Below, piece by piece: positions 34,210 to 42,871 of a stretch of 44,509 nucleotides of DNA; position 1 is the first letter of the stretch; each line of letters begins with the position of its first letter. The DNA comes from a phage. The notes beneath the pieces were generated by a model. The model saw only the letters and a list, made by a program, of their open reading frames with translations. It did not search any database and was not told the DNA's origin. The position numbers and the translations under genes were made by a program. Where the stretch lies: sequence record PZ049723.1; one strand, 5' to 3'.

Positions 34210-36497
34210 AAGACTTCGAACGTCTGTTTCTCGACACCGAGACATTTAGCGATGTGGACCTGAAGAAAGTGGGCGCATACGCCTACGCGGAACACCCAAC
34301 TACTGAGATTATGATTTGCACCTACGCCATCGACGAGGGGCGCGTGCAGACATGGGATTGCACCGAATCCCCTACAATGCCGCGTGAACTGCGCAAGGCG
34401 CTCCGCCGGGTATCCCGCAAGAAAGCAAAAATCGTGATGGCTAACGGCCTCCTGTTTGACCGCCTGGTCATTCGCGAGAAGTGGGGCATTGACCTGCCAG
34501 TGTGCCAGATCGAAGACACCATGATTATGGCCTTTCGCCACGCGCTGCCCGGTAGCCTCGATATGCAGTGTCAGGTACTGGGCGTTGACGCAGAGCACGC
34601 GAAGGATAAGGCGGGCAAGGCGCTGATCAAACGGTTCTGTAAGCCTACCCCTAAGACCTACAAAATCCGCCGCTACACTCGCGAGACTCACCCAGAAGAG
34701 TGGGCCAAATTTCTGCGCTATGCCGCGCTGGATATTGTTGCCATGCGTGAAGTCTACTGGCGCATACCGGACTGGGGCAACTCACCGAAGGAAGACGAAA
34801 TCCTGCTCATCGACCAGATTATTAACGACCGAGGCTTCTATGTGGACGTTGACCTGGCGAACGCCGCGATCAAGGCGGTGCGGGCGCATAAGGAAGAATT
34901 GAAGGAAGAGGCATGGGAGCGGTTTGGCGGCAAGCTGACCGGAAACGACTTCCTGCCGATTCTGCGTGATATTGCCCCGGCGTTCACGATCCACAACGCG
35001 CAGAAATCCACGCTGAACGACTTGCTTGAAGACCCGGACTTCCCCGACGAAGGCAAAGCGCTTATCGAAATGCGCCTCGGCGCGTCATCAACGGCATCGA
35101 CTAAATACAATCCGCTCGTTAATGGCCTGTCTGCCGATGGTCGTCGCCGTGGGTGTATTCAGTATGGCGGCGCAAAGCGCACGCTACGCTGGGCTGGTAA
35201 AGGCTTCCAGCCGCAAAACCTGGCACGCGGCGAGTATAGCGACGACCACGAAGGGAAGATTAAGCGCCGCGAAGGCGAGAGCGACGTCTCGTTTTGGGTG
35301 CGGTCGCACATGCTCACCAATGGCATCAATTCCCTGTTACGCGGGACAGCGCACTGGGCGTACGACATATCGAAGCTGACCGCCTCGACCGTTCGCGGGT
35401 GCATTATCCCTGCAAAGGGCAAGAAGTTTGTCGTAGCTGACTACTCCAACGTGGAAGGGCGCGGCCTTGCCTGGATCGCTGGCGAGAAAACCGCGCTAAT
35501 GGTGTTTAAGGCCGGGCGCGATATCTATTGCGAGACTGCCGGTAAGATGTTCGGCCTGGACCCGGACTACATCAAAGCCAACCGCAAAGACTTGCGCCAG
35601 ATCGGTAAGGCGTGTGAGTTGGGGCTGGGCTATGGTGGCGGCGTGGCGGCGTTCTTACAGTTCGCTAAAAACCTGGGCCTCGACCTTTACACTATGGCGG
35701 ACGTCATGAAAGGCACGTTCCCGGATCACATTTGGGCAGCGGCTAAACGGGGTTATGAATACGCCCGCATTAACGAAGCGAAGCGCCCGCCGAAGCCTGG
35801 CAAGAAAGACGAGCGACCAACATACATACTGCCGAAAAACGTATGGCTTACCTGTGACGCGATCAAACGTATGTGGCGTGAGGCTCACCCGAAGACGGTA
35901 GCCTTTTGGGCCGAGCTTGAGGACGCGGTGTTGTGTGCAATCCGCAATCCGGGCAAAGCCTACTGGGCTGGCGCTAACGTTCGCCCAGACGGTAGAAAAG
36001 CGCTCAAGATTGTGCGCACGAAGGCGAAGCACGACCCAACCTTCGACGAGGAGCGCGACGACCCGAACGCTGCGGGGTGGTGGTTGAAAATTGAGTTGCC
36101 GTCAGGGCGCATCATGAGCTATCCCGGTATCGCGCTGTCTGTCACGACCGAGATCGACGAAGACACCGGCAAGAAGCGCACCAGCACACGCATCAAATAC
36201 CAGGGCGAGAATCAGACGACGCGCCAGTGGGGTTTCCAGTACACCTACGGCGGCAAACTAACGGAGAACATCGTACAGGCGTTGTGCCGCGATATTCTCG
36301 CGTGGTCCATGCCTGGCGTTGAAGCCGCCGGATATGAGATCGTCCTGTCAGTGCACGATGAATTGGTCACCGAAGTGCCGGACACCGACGACTACACCAC
36401 CGAGGAGCTTTGCGCGCTGATGTGCGACCTGCCTATTTGGGCAAAAGGCTTCCCACTTGCCGCCGAAGGCGACATTATGTACAGGTACAGGAAGTAA
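34206..36497 (+). CDS. DNA polymerase, family A, with 3'-5' exonuclease domain
   Basis: 763 aa; exonuclease motif LFLDTETFS near N-terminus; polymerase motif KQIGKACELGLGYGGG; motif C VLSVHDELV. Confidence 0.9.
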   Translation: MKDFERLFLDTETFSDVDLKKVGAYAYAEHPTTEIMICTYAIDEGRVQTWDCTESPTMPRELRKALRRVSRKKAKIVMANGLLFDRLVIREKWGIDLPVCQIEDTMIMAFRHALPGSLDMQCQVLGVDAEHAKDKAGKALIKRFCKPTPKTYKIRRYTRETHPEEWAKFLRYAALDIVAMREVYWRIPDWGNSPKEDEILLIDQIINDRGFYVDVDLANAAIKAVRAHKEELKEEAWERFGGKLTGNDFLPILRDIAPAFTIHNAQKSTLNDLLEDPDFPDEGKALIEMRLGASSTASTKYNPLVNGLSADGRRRGCIQYGGAKRTLRWAGKGFQPQNLARGEYSDDHEGKIKRREGESDVSFWVRSHMLTNGINSLLRGTAHWAYDISKLTASTVRGCIIPAKGKKFVVADYSNVEGRGLAWIAGEKTALMVFKAGRDIYCETAGKMFGLDPDYIKANRKDLRQIGKACELGLGYGGGVAAFLQFAKNLGLDLYTMADVMKGTFPDHIWAAAKRGYEYARINEAKRPPKPGKKDERPTYILPKNVWLTCDAIKRMWREAHPKTVAFWAELEDAVLCAIRNPGKAYWAGANVRPDGRKALKIVRTKAKHDPTFDEERDDPNAAGWWLKIELPSGRIMSYPGIALSVTTEIDEDTGKKRTSTRIKYQGENQTTRQWGFQYTYGGKLTENIVQALCRDILAWSMPGVEAAGYEIVLSVHDELVTEVPDTDDYTTEELCALMCDLPIWAKGFPLAAEGDIMYRYRK

Positions 36498-36775
36498 TGA
36501 CACCAGAAGGCAAGATTCAAAGTCACCTGATGAGACGGGTGAAAGATGTTGGCGGATTCTGCCGAAAACTGGCATGGGAGGGGCGCGCAGGTGCGCCCGA
36601 CCTGATTATTATCATCAACGGCAAAATAGTGTTCGTCGAAGTGAAGCGCCCCGGCGGAAAACCGAAGCCGCACCAGGTACGTGAACATGAGAGGATGGCC
36701 CGCCGCGGCGCGGACGTTCGCGTTATAGACAACATCGCCGACTGTGATTTATTGGTTGCTGAATTGGTCGCATAG
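36497..36775 (+). CDS. VRR-NUC domain nuclease
   Basis: ATG at 36497 overlapping the polymerase stop; 92 aa; GAPDLIIIINGKIVFVEVKRPGGKPKPHQ matches the VRR-NUC D...E.K core. Confidence 0.7.
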   Translation: MTPEGKIQSHLMRRVKDVGGFCRKLAWEGRAGAPDLIIIINGKIVFVEVKRPGGKPKPHQVREHERMARRGADVRVIDNIADCDLLVAELVA

Positions 36776-36784
36776 CGGTATAGT
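36756..36784 (+). promoter_or_regulatory. Promoter-like sequence inside 3' end of VRR-NUC gene
   Basis: TTGGTTGCT at 36751-36759 supplies TTGCTG (36756-36761); 17-bp spacer; TATAGT (36779-36784); GAGGA RBS follows. Confidence 0.35.
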
Positions 36785-36815
36785 GTGCCGGTTAGCCATA
36801 TCGAGGATTTTAGAG

Positions 36816-36989
36816 ATGATTGAAGAAAAACGTTGCAGTAATTGCGGCTGCGTTAAACCGCTATCCCAGTTCCATAAATACACCGGTAAGACTGCGCGAA
36901 GCCCGGACGGGTATCGGGCAGAGTGCAAATCGTGCCGCAATAAAAAAGAGCGCGAACGGCAGCGCCGCTACCGCGCAGAGCAAAAATAA
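36816..36989 (+). CDS. Small Zn-finger protein
   Basis: ATG at 36816 with GAGGA RBS; 57 aa; CSNCGC ... CKSCR four-Cys pattern and basic C-terminus. Confidence 0.45.
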   Translation: MIEEKRCSNCGCVKPLSQFHKYTGKTARSPDGYRAECKSCRNKKERERQRRYRAEQK

Positions 36990-36996
36990 TTAATAC

Positions 36997-37019
36997 GGCG
37001 GGCTTGTCCCGCCATTTTT
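36997..37019 (+). terminator. Rho-independent terminator
   Basis: ggcggg-cttgt-cccgcc stem followed by ATTTTTG. Confidence 0.55.
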
Positions 37020-37032
37020 GGGAGACATGACG

Positions 37033-37251
37033 ATGAAAGAACATTACCGACTCACCAAGCTGGGCGAATGTAAACCGGGCGATCGCGTGTGGTTTATTGC
37101 TGGCCTGAATTACCCGCTGCCGTTGACGGTGTGCTGGCAGAAGTTTAAGAGCTTCCGGGCTACCGGTGTCCACATCGGACACGCCACCAACTACGACGCC
37201 ACAAAAAGGAACTGGAACAGTGAGACTGAAGTCTGGAAAAAGGCGGAATAA
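37033..37251 (+). CDS. Hypothetical protein
   Basis: ATG at 37033 with GGAGAC RBS 6 nt upstream (track ORF begins at TTG 37018); 72 aa. Confidence 0.4.
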   Translation: MKEHYRLTKLGECKPGDRVWFIAGLNYPLPLTVCWQKFKSFRATGVHIGHATNYDATKRNWNSETEVWKKAE

Positions 37252-37255
37252 AGAC

Positions 37256-38680
37256 ATGGCAAGATTCCGACGCCGCGAATATCAGAAGTTGATAACCGCG
37301 TTCATCCTCAAGCATAAGCGGTGTAATATTTGGGCGACAATGGGATCCGGTAAAACCGGCGCGACAATGTGGGCGCTGAATAAGATGTTCCAGACTGGTA
37401 TCCTGTCCAGCCTGGAGGACCGCGTACTGGTGCTGGCCCCGCTGCGCGTTGCGTCAGGTACGTGGCCCCCGGAGCAAGAAAAATGGCGATTCCCCGCCTT
37501 GCTGGTAGTAGACGGCACAGGATCAGAAAAAGACCGCATAGCCGCGCTGGAGAGCGACGCTAACGTGGTTTGTGTTAACTACGATGTGGTTGAGTGGCTG
37601 GTTGATTATTACGGCGATGCGTGGCCATTTACGGTCGTTGTTGCCGATGAATCCACTAAGCTGAAAGGCTACAGGAGTAAGCAGGGGAGTAAGCGCGCCC
37701 GCGCACTGGCAGCGATTGCACATAAGCACGTCAAGCGCTGGATTAACCTGACCGGCACACCCGCGCCAAATGGCTTGAAAGACTTATGGGGTCAGACGTG
37801 GTTTGTCGACGGCGGAGAACGCCTCGGCAGTAGCTATAAGGCATTTACCGATCGCTGGTTCATTAGCAAGCCTGTTAAGCCTGGCAGCTTCACGATGCAG
37901 CACGCTCCGCTAAAGAACTCCGAGAAAGAAATACAACAACGCCTGTCGGACGTATCACTAACCGTTGACGCGGCTGAATACTTCGGGTGCGACAAGCCAA
38001 TCTATACGCCGGTTGTCGTGGACCTGCCGAAGAAAGCCCGCAAGATTTACGACCAGTTTGAAAGCGAGCTATTTGCAGAACTGGAAAGCGGAACAGTGGA
38101 AGCGGCGAACGCTGCGTCGAAGACAATTAAGTGCCTTCAGCTTGCTTCCGGCGCTGTGTATAAGGTGGATGAAGACGGCGAACGGACCGACGAGTGGGTG
38201 AAGATTCACGACGCGAAGCTGGACGCGCTGGAAAGTATCGTGGAGGAGTTGAACGGTGCGCCGTTGCTCGTCGCGTATCAGTATAAACATGACCTGGCTC
38301 GTCTTAAGAAGAAATTTCCGCACGGCGTTGCGTTGGGTAAAGGAAAGCAGGGCAATAAGGATATGGAAGCGTGGAACAGGGGCGAGATCCCCATCATGTT
38401 CGCGCACCCGGCATCGGCGGGTCATGGACTTAACTTGCAGGACGGCGGACACCACCTGGCAATCTTCTCCGATACCTGGAACTTTGAGCACTTTTCGCAG
38501 ATCGTTGAACGTATCGGGCCGGTTCGCCAGATGCAGGCTGGACACCCTCGACCGGTATTCGTCTACATTATCCAGGCGCGCGGGACACTGGACGAACTGG
38601 TCGCCGAGCGTCGCGACAGTAAGCGAGATATACAGGACGATTTGATGGAATACATGAAAGCTAAAAAGGCGCGCAAATGA
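37256..38680 (+). CDS. SNF2-family helicase/ATPase
   Basis: ATG at 37256; Walker A MGSGKTG, motif II VVADESTKL, SNF2-type motif III LTGTPAPNGLKDLW. Confidence 0.8.
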   Translation: MARFRRREYQKLITAFILKHKRCNIWATMGSGKTGATMWALNKMFQTGILSSLEDRVLVLAPLRVASGTWPPEQEKWRFPALLVVDGTGSEKDRIAALESDANVVCVNYDVVEWLVDYYGDAWPFTVVVADESTKLKGYRSKQGSKRARALAAIAHKHVKRWINLTGTPAPNGLKDLWGQTWFVDGGERLGSSYKAFTDRWFISKPVKPGSFTMQHAPLKNSEKEIQQRLSDVSLTVDAAEYFGCDKPIYTPVVVDLPKKARKIYDQFESELFAELESGTVEAANAASKTIKCLQLASGAVYKVDEDGERTDEWVKIHDAKLDALESIVEELNGAPLLVAYQYKHDLARLKKKFPHGVALGKGKQGNKDMEAWNRGEIPIMFAHPASAGHGLNLQDGGHHLAIFSDTWNFEHFSQIVERIGPVRQMQAGHPRPVFVYIIQARGTLDELVAERRDSKRDIQDDLMEYMKAKKARK

Positions 38681-39387
38681 CTATTGCTAAAATGACAATC
38701 TGGCCATTATTCGACGGCAGCGGGTTGATGATTGAGCGTGCTGCCGAGATGGGGCATAAGTGTTATTGCTTCAACTACTCCGAAGCCGATCACGGGTCTT
38801 ACCTTGACTACCGGATCTATGGTCGCGGAATCCGCTATCGTAATGAGTTTATCGATCTGGACTTCGTGGACCGCGCGATGAATGGTGATTTTGGAACGCC
38901 GGATATCATCTATGCGTTCCCTCCGTGTACGGATCTGGCCGTGAGCGGCGCGCCAGCTTTCCCGCGCAAGCGTGCAAAAGACCCTGCCTTCCAGCTTAAG
39001 GCGGTGCGCACCGCGAAGATCGCCGCTTACCTGGGTGATTTCTTCGAAGTGCCGTACATGATTGAGAATCCGCGCAGTGTGCTTTCCACCAAGTGGCGCA
39101 AGCCAGACCACTCGTTTGACCCGTGGGAGTATGGGGGATATCTGCCGGAGGATGACGTACACCCGCTCTTCCCGGAATACATCAACGCCCGCGATTCATA
39201 TCCGAAGCTGACCTGCTTGTGGACCGGCAACGGCTTCCGTATGCCGGAGAAAAAGCCTGTATTCGTTGAAAAAGGGTACTCGAAGCAGTATAGTCGCCTC
39301 GGAGGCAAATCAGCCCGCACAAAATTAATCCGGTCGCTCACCCCGCGCGGCTTCGCGATAGCAGTCAATGAGGAAAATTTAAAATGA
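38677..39387 (+). CDS. Short DNA cytosine-5 methyltransferase-like protein
   Basis: 236 aa; motif I-like LFDGSG, catalytic-type FPPC (PCT rather than PCQ), ENP (motif VI-like ENV); apparently lacks a long target-recognition region. Confidence 0.45.
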   Translation: MTIAKMTIWPLFDGSGLMIERAAEMGHKCYCFNYSEADHGSYLDYRIYGRGIRYRNEFIDLDFVDRAMNGDFGTPDIIYAFPPCTDLAVSGAPAFPRKRAKDPAFQLKAVRTAKIAAYLGDFFEVPYMIENPRSVLSTKWRKPDHSFDPWEYGGYLPEDDVHPLFPEYINARDSYPKLTCLWTGNGFRMPEKKPVFVEKGYSKQYSRLGGKSARTKLIRSLTPRGFAIAVNEENLK

Positions 39388-39707
39388 ATACTACATTCGA
39401 AGCCATTGATTTTTCGGTTGCAATGACTAACCAGTTATTCTCCTACGACAGCAAAACCGGAGTCATCCGTCTGAAGTCCACAGGCTGCAAAATTGGCAAC
39501 ATCAATACTGCCGATGGTGGCACACGTATCGAATGCAACGGCAAAACGCTATCGGGCGCCCGCGTGGCGTGGATCATTGAGACTGGCAATACAATCCCTC
39601 CAGGCTATGCCGTAGTGTGCCGTCAACGCACACCAGGCCATTACGGCAACCGCATTAGTAACCTGTATCTGGTAGACGTTGCGCGCGACCCAAATTTTTA
39701 TTCGTAA
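39384..39707 (+). CDS. HNH-like (HNH_3/NUMOD-type) endonuclease-like protein
   Basis: 107 aa; pattern ARVAWIIETGNTIPPGYAVV ... GNRISNLYLV resembles HNH_3 cores, but the usual first His is not evident. Confidence 0.4.
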   Translation: MNTTFEAIDFSVAMTNQLFSYDSKTGVIRLKSTGCKIGNINTADGGTRIECNGKTLSGARVAWIIETGNTIPPGYAVVCRQRTPGHYGNRISNLYLVDVARDPNFYS

Positions 39708-39708
39708 A

Positions 39709-39741
39709 TTGGTTGCATAACCGTATTGGTTGCATTATATT
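39709..39741 (+). promoter_or_regulatory. Promoter-like sequence formed by tandem TTGGTTGCA motifs
   Basis: TTGGTTGCA at 39709-39717 and 39726-39734; TTGCAT (39713-39718), 17-bp spacer, TATATT (39736-39741). Confidence 0.4.
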
Positions 39742-39743
39742 GA

Positions 39744-39769
39744 GGGTGTCCGGTTTGGACGCCCTTTTT
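39744..39769 (+). terminator. Rho-independent terminator overlapping predicted transcription start
   Basis: gggtgtcc-ggttt-ggacgccc 8-bp stem (one G-U pair) followed by TTTTT. Confidence 0.5.
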
Positions 39770-39788
39770 AATACCCGGAGACAGTGAT

Positions 39789-40031
39789 ATGAAATCATTA
39801 TTTTTCGACTACGACGGCGACCTTCGATTTTGGGTGCTTCTCACCCTCATGATTGCCGGTTGTATTGGCATACCTTCGACGGCTATTTACTACACGGAAC
39901 GCTACGAATGCAAGACCGTGTATGCCGAGCAAACCGGACGCAATACCCAATGGCGATATGGTGTCTGCTGGGTTGAAATGGATGGCAAATTTATTCCTCG
40001 CGATGAGATTCGCACAACGGAGCTTAAATAG
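39789..40031 (+). CDS. Small membrane protein / possible lipoprotein
   Basis: 80 aa; hydrophobic helix WVLLTLMIAGCIGIP with Cys in lipobox-like context; GGAG RBS. Confidence 0.45.
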   Translation: MKSLFFDYDGDLRFWVLLTLMIAGCIGIPSTAIYYTERYECKTVYAEQTGRNTQWRYGVCWVEMDGKFIPRDEIRTTELK

Positions 40032-40496
40032 ATGAAAATTTTACAAGAAGAGAAAAATTACTGGGCCGCGCAATGCCTTGAAGCCCGCGAACAGGCCGAA
40101 CGTGCGAACGCGTTGGCGGACACCAACCAGGCGCTATATGAAGGAGAGAAGAAAGTGCGCCAGGAGCTAGCGGAGCGCTTCGGACTGCTATTCGAATTGA
40201 TGGGGATTATGCAGCGCACCGGATACACCACCAGCGTTGCACTAAACCGCATCACTGCCGATGGTTTGCGTGAACATTGTAAACGTGCTGAGGAGTACGT
40301 GCGACCGAAGGGTCGCACGTCTAAGGTTGACCGTAAAGATTTGGTGCTTATGGCGTGGCGCAACCCTACAAATGGCAGCTTCTACCCGGACGCGCGCCCG
40401 CTTAGTGCCGAGGAATCAAAGCGCGTGCAACGCATTATCAAAACCGGCAATAAAATCGCCCTGTATGCGATAGATCCAGATCATGCAGAAGAGTGA
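40032..40496 (+). CDS. Hypothetical protein
   Basis: 154 aa; N-terminal coiled-coil-like region; no motif recognised. Confidence 0.45.
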   Translation: MKILQEEKNYWAAQCLEAREQAERANALADTNQALYEGEKKVRQELAERFGLLFELMGIMQRTGYTTSVALNRITADGLREHCKRAEEYVRPKGRTSKVDRKDLVLMAWRNPTNGSFYPDARPLSAEESKRVQRIIKTGNKIALYAIDPDHAEE

Positions 40497-40968
40497 GCAA
40501 AAAGATAGCTGGCGCACGCCGCCAGCTTTATTTAAACCGCTGCGACGGAAGTACCGATTTCGTTACGATATGGCGGCAAGCGATGCAAACCACCTGCTCC
40601 CGCGATACTTCACGGCGGATAACAGCGCGCTTGAGGTGGACTGGGCAGAGTTGAAAGGGTGGAAGTGGTGCAACCCGCCGTATTCCGATCCGCTGCCGTG
40701 GGTTGAGTGCGCGGCGCACGGACGCCGGACCGTCATGCTACTGAATCAGGACACGTCGACGAAGTGGGCGAAGCTGGCCCGGAGGACCGCCAATATGATA
40801 ATTCTTCTGGACTGGCGTGTTCGATTCATTCACGCCGTCACCGGCGAAGTCGGTCCGAGCAATAGCAAGTGCCAGCAATTAATAATATTTGACGAAGCGC
40901 CGCCCCTCGGCAGCGCACAAATTGAAATAATGAGCGAGAGTGAGCTACATGAATATCTTAATCGTTGA
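40483..40968 (+). CDS. DNA N6-adenine methyltransferase (phage Dam-like)
   Basis: 161 aa; N-terminal WRTPPALF and catalytic NPPY motif (CNPPYS). Confidence 0.75.
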   Translation: MQKSEQKDSWRTPPALFKPLRRKYRFRYDMAASDANHLLPRYFTADNSALEVDWAELKGWKWCNPPYSDPLPWVECAAHGRRTVMLLNQDTSTKWAKLARRTANMIILLDWRVRFIHAVTGEVGPSNSKCQQLIIFDEAPPLGSAQIEIMSESELHEYLNR

Positions 40969-41173
40969 TCGCAGTATGCGCGTCGTGGACGAAATTGCTA
41001 AACGCTACCAAATCAACCCGCGGGAGAACAAAGTGCGGCGTTGCAGCCGCCCGGAGCAATTACTGGGTATGGACCTTACCGGTTGGCTTGTAATGACCGC
41101 CCGTTGTCATCTTGTGTGTGACACGTTTTCCGCCCGTATTGTTCGTATGAATCTTATTGAGGAATTGAAATGA
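40949..41173 (+). CDS. Hypothetical protein
   Basis: ATG at 40949 (track ORF begins at GTG 40940); 74 aa; overlaps Dam-like gene end. Confidence 0.35.
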   Translation: MNILIVDRSMRVVDEIAKRYQINPRENKVRRCSRPEQLLGMDLTGWLVMTARCHLVCDTFSARIVRMNLIEELK

Positions 41174-41640
41174 AATTACTGATTTGTGATCTGGATGGCG
41201 TTATTAACGGTTCAAGTGATGCGCGCGCCGACCTGGTGCCGGGGATAAAAACGAAATCAACATTTTGGGCGAAGTGGCACAAAGCGCACGTACGCGAAGA
41301 CCTGAACATGGATATGCTGCCGCTACTGCGCATGTACAAAGAGCAAGGCTTCGAGATCGCGTATCTGACCAACCGGCAGCGCGAATGTTGGGACACCACC
41401 GCCGAGCAATTGGAGGTCTTCCCCGTAGGTCGATTGTTCATGCGCCACATGCTGGACGACACCCCGCCGCCAGAGTTTAAGGCGTGCGCCGTTTTCAAAA
41501 TGGTCTGCTATGCGGACGTGTCGGAACTGGTCATCATTGAAGACTGTCCGAAGAACATCGCGGCAATTCGTCGGGCGTGTGGCGATCTGGTCCCGAAAAT
41601 TTACGCAATAAACGTTGCAAAATTCACTTGCAACCAATAG
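41170..41640 (+). CDS. HAD-superfamily phosphatase
   Basis: 156 aa; N-terminal HAD motif I ICDLDGVI; GAGGAA RBS. Confidence 0.6.
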   Translation: MKLLICDLDGVINGSSDARADLVPGIKTKSTFWAKWHKAHVREDLNMDMLPLLRMYKEQGFEIAYLTNRQRECWDTTAEQLEVFPVGRLFMRHMLDDTPPPEFKACAVFKMVCYADVSELVIIEDCPKNIAAIRRACGDLVPKIYAINVAKFTCNQ

Positions 41641-41657
41641 GTTGGTTGCACTATAGT
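41628..41657 (+). promoter_or_regulatory. 22-bp perfect palindrome TGCAACCAA-TAGG-TTGGTTGCA embedded in promoter-like sequence
   Basis: TTGCAA (41628-41633), 18-bp spacer made of the palindrome, TATAGT (41652-41657); a GC hairpin (41667-41687) and AAGGA RBS follow. Confidence 0.45.
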
Positions 41658-41704
41658 TAACGCGTCGGGAGGCAATACCGCCTCCCGCTAAAAAGGAAAA
41701 CATC

Positions 41705-42226
41705 ATGAAAGCGTACGAATACTGCAAAAGCGCCGCCACCACTATGGAACAGCGCGGGAAGGAAAACGGCTATGACAACGCGAAAGAAGAACGCAGCGCT
41801 AAACAAATCGCTGCCGTGTTTAACGCGCTTACCGGGCGCGACCTTACCGAGCAAGAAGCCTGGACCTTCCTGATCTGCCTGAAGCTGGTGCGCCAGCACC
41901 GTAAGCACCAGGAAGATAACATCGTTGACCTGGTAGCATACGCCGCACTGCTGGGTGAGTCTTACATGACCGTGCATGACGAGATTCAGATCGATACAAC
42001 GGCAGCACAATTCGACAGCCTCAAAGGCGGGCCCATCGCCACTGGAGGAACGTGGCATCCTTCGGCATCGGCGGGCAAGACGGTTAAGGCCCGCGATTTT
42101 GGAGTTGTAGCCCAGGACGTCCAGCCTATGGTCGTGCTCACCGGCGAAGACGGATCGAAAATCTGCATGACGCAGGAAGACTTCCGTAACATGGAAAAAA
42201 CACTGGTACGTAGCGCACTGAAATAA
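41705..42226 (+). CDS. Hypothetical protein
   Basis: 173 aa; helical N-terminal region (SAKQIAAVFNALTGRDLTEQEAWTFLICLKLVRQ); function not assigned. Confidence 0.5.
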   Translation: MKAYEYCKSAATTMEQRGKENGYDNAKEERSAKQIAAVFNALTGRDLTEQEAWTFLICLKLVRQHRKHQEDNIVDLVAYAALLGESYMTVHDEIQIDTTAAQFDSLKGGPIATGGTWHPSASAGKTVKARDFGVVAQDVQPMVVLTGEDGSKICMTQEDFRNMEKTLVRSALK

Positions 42227-42268
42227 TTCTAATCGCGGGCTTCGGCCCGCATCAATGAGGACCACACG

Positions 42269-42844
42269 ATGTACGGCGAATATGAAATATCCGGTAAACA
42301 ATTCCACCTGGCGGCAATGATAGCAAGCATCGAGTTTGATCAATGGCGCTTAAAGTCTGACGCATGCAAGCAAAGCCGACTGGTCGGTGTGCTGGGCGAA
42401 ATGTTTGCGGGCATGTATCTCGAAGGGCAAGCAGGCGGTCGCAGTTGTATACCGCAGGGTCTGCTCATGCGTACCGGCCTGTTTAGCGCCAACACCATTG
42501 ACCGCGGCGATATCATCATGGTCGGCAAGCGCAAGGTTAAGTCCGGTCCAGACTTCCGCGAGCATGTGGTCGATGCCGTATGGACCTACGAGGTTAAGGC
42601 CACCAGCGGCATCCGTAGGGGCCTGGTTGAGGCACGTTGCGCTCGCGAGTATCTCACTCGTCGAGTTGCCGGTGTTATTCTGGTTGGGGTATCGTTCGGG
42701 CAACATAGCGCCAGCGGCGTGATCGAGGATATTGCGGAGCCATACGTGATAGTGAACGACTGGCCCCTGGTGGAAGTGGACGGAAAGGAATATTACGAAA
42801 GCCCGCTTGTGCGGCGAAAAATAGACTGGGAAAACTCAAACTAA
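42269..42844 (+). CDS. Hypothetical protein
   Basis: 191 aa; GAGGA RBS; contains DAVWTYEVKA, which could be a PD-(D/E)XK-like D...E.K core but is unverified. Confidence 0.5.
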   Translation: MYGEYEISGKQFHLAAMIASIEFDQWRLKSDACKQSRLVGVLGEMFAGMYLEGQAGGRSCIPQGLLMRTGLFSANTIDRGDIIMVGKRKVKSGPDFREHVVDAVWTYEVKATSGIRRGLVEARCAREYLTRRVAGVILVGVSFGQHSASGVIEDIAEPYVIVNDWPLVEVDGKEYYESPLVRRKIDWENSN

Positions 42845-42866
42845 AAACAGGGGCCATGTGGCCCCT
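42843..42866. terminator. Bidirectional terminator between convergent early and tail-fibre genes
   Basis: Palindromic aggggcca-tg-tggcccct stem flanked by A-run upstream and T-rich sequence downstream. Confidence 0.55.
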
Positions 42867-42871
42867 TATCC

